NCBI GenBank assembly: GCA_965243395.1
Contig: CBDEUS010000002.1
Span: 864,001-928,000, forward strand
Length of the DNA stretch: 64,000 bases
Source: Gammaproteobacteria bacterium
Lineage (GTDB): Bacteria; Pseudomonadota; Gammaproteobacteria; UBA4575
Direction: 5' to 3'
Below, in pieces: positions 62,634 to 64,000 of the stretch. The notes below the pieces were generated by a model. It was not told the origin of the DNA, did not search any database, and saw nothing but the letters and a program-made list of their open reading frames with translations. The first letter of the stretch is position 1. The number at the start of each line of letters is the position of its first letter. The position numbers and the translations under genes are program-made.

Positions 62634-63782
62634 TTATCGATATAGAGGGCGCTGATCGATTTTTGCATCAATTTCAAAAGTTTTGCCGCGGCGTAAACCT
62701 GCAATAGTTATTTCGGATCCTGGCCTACTGCTGGCTATTTCGTTTTGAATGGTTTTAGCATCACGAATAAGCTTCTCATTAAATGTTAAGATAATATCTC
62801 CAGGACGAATTCCTGCTTTATATGCTGGACTTTGACGTACTACACCTGCAACTAGTACGCCAGTGCGCTCTTTCAAGCCAAATGATTCAGCGAGTTGGGG
62901 AGAAAGATTTTGCAGTTCTAGACCTAACCAGCCACGAATAACACGGCCATGTTCGATTATTTGTGCCATAACATCACTTGCTAAACCAATGGGAATTGCA
63001 AATCCAATGCCTTGTGACCCACCTGATTTAGAAAAAATTGCGGTGTTAATACCTACTAGTTCTCCATATGCATTTATTAATGCTCCTCCTGAATTGCCCG
63101 GATTAATCGCCGCATCCGTTTGAATGAAATTTTCAAACGTATTGATTCCTAATCTATCTCTCCCCGTTGCACTGATAATTCCTTGAGTTACGGTTTGTCC
63201 AAATCCAAAAGGATTTCCTATAGCAAGCACAACATCACCAACTTGCAAGTTAGATGAATCACTAATTATTGCTGTCGGAAGATTTTCAACTTCTATGGTG
63301 AGTACAGCTAGATCCGTTTCAGGGTCTGCACCTAGAACATTTGCGGGAACTGTATGACCGTCTGCAAGAAGGACTGCAATTTCATCAGCATTTTCGATAA
63401 CATGATAGTTTGTTAATACATAACCCTGACTACTCATAATTACACCTGAACCCAAACTGGTTTGAGTGCGTTGTTGTGGTCGATTCAATTCACCAAAAAA
63501 GCGACGCAATAGTGGGCTATCTAAAAGAGGGCTTGGTCGTGTAACAATTTGTTTACTTGTGTAGATGTTTACAACTGCGGGACTGGCTCGTTGTACAGCT
63601 TGTGCATAGGAAACAGGTCCAGATCCTAAATTATCGGGTCGGTCCGAACTATCTTGTAAAAATTCGACCACTGGACGTTTATCGATTACATAGTCCGGTA
63701 AGAATATAAGCAATAACACAGCAGCAAGCACACCAACTGCAACGGCTTGAAATATAAAAAGTAAGAGCTTGCGAATATTCAT
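62634..63782 (-). CDS. degS: DegS/AlgW-type HtrA serine protease (one PDZ)
   Basis: N-terminal TM, LGSGVI, TNYHV, DLAVL, QTDAAINPGNSGG, PDZ with GWLG. Confidence 0.88.
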   Translation of the reverse strand: MNIRKLLLFIFQAVAVGVLAAVLLLIFLPDYVIDKRPVVEFLQDSSDRPDNLGSGPVSYAQAVQRASPAVVNIYTSKQIVTRPSPLLDSPLLRRFFGELNRPQQRTQTSLGSGVIMSSQGYVLTNYHVIENADEIAVLLADGHTVPANVLGADPETDLAVLTIEVENLPTAIISDSSNLQVGDVVLAIGNPFGFGQTVTQGIISATGRDRLGINTFENFIQTDAAINPGNSGGALINAYGELVGINTAIFSKSGGSQGIGFAIPIGLASDVMAQIIEHGRVIRGWLGLELQNLSPQLAESFGLKERTGVLVAGVVRQSPAYKAGIRPGDIILTFNEKLIRDAKTIQNEIASSRPGSEITIAGLRRGKTFEIDAKIDQRPLYR

Positions 63783-63830
63783 AAGTGCGATAATCTACTC
63801 AACTACTACATTGTTTGTTTATTGTTCATT

Positions 63831-64000
63831 ATGGCCTTGTTAGCAGAACTTACAGAATACATAAATACTTTTTTGCAGGTTGATCGATTTAAAGATTACT
63901 GTCCAAATGGTTTGCAAGTAGAGGGTAATAGCGAGGTTCATAGTGTAGTCACTGGGGTAACCGCAAGCCAGGCCCTAATCGATATAGCTTGTGAAAAAAA
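63831..64000 (+). CDS. Nif3/YbgI-family dinuclear metal protein, 5' fragment (not in ORF track)
   Basis: MALLAELTEYINTFLQVDRFKDYCPNGLQVEG...VTGVTASQAL; divergent from degS. Confidence 0.9.
   Translation, partial: MALLAELTEYINTFLQVDRFKDYCPNGLQVEGNSEVHSVVTGVTASQALIDIACEK

Overview
AT-rich chromosome segment from a non-enteric gammaproteobacterium; the finer taxonomy cannot be resolved from the sequence alone. Positions 1-27 kb are the right part of a Wzx/Wzy-type exopolysaccharide or capsule locus. It encodes a split co-polymerase plus BY-kinase, a CDP-hexose module, five sulfotransferases, four glycosyltransferases plus a priming transferase, a flippase, a polymerase, UDP-xylose synthase, two lyase-like beta-propellers and a lipoprotein with an apparently circularly permuted FN3 domain. 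Positions 27-35 kb hold an ECF-S-like membrane protein, a candidate CRP-driven sRNA, an orphan glutamate-synthase FMN-domain protein, and a ThDP decarboxylase-ALDH-malic enzyme operon resembling the 2-oxoglutarate decarboxylase/succinic semialdehyde bypass. Positions 35-64 kb are mostly core genes: nth, rnfB-like, metG, apbC, dcd, mgtE, PTS/hprK/rpoN, lptBAC, kdsC, yrbG, mlaFEDCB, murA, hisG-aroG-hisD-hisC, degS and Nif3. One accessory PLP-enzyme gene sits between dcd and mgtE, bracketed by two directly repeated 28-bp imperfect palindromes (11-6-11) that look like site-specific recombination sites. I saw no rRNA, tRNA, CRISPR array, transposase or integrase. All product calls come from motif recognition by eye; no database search was run.
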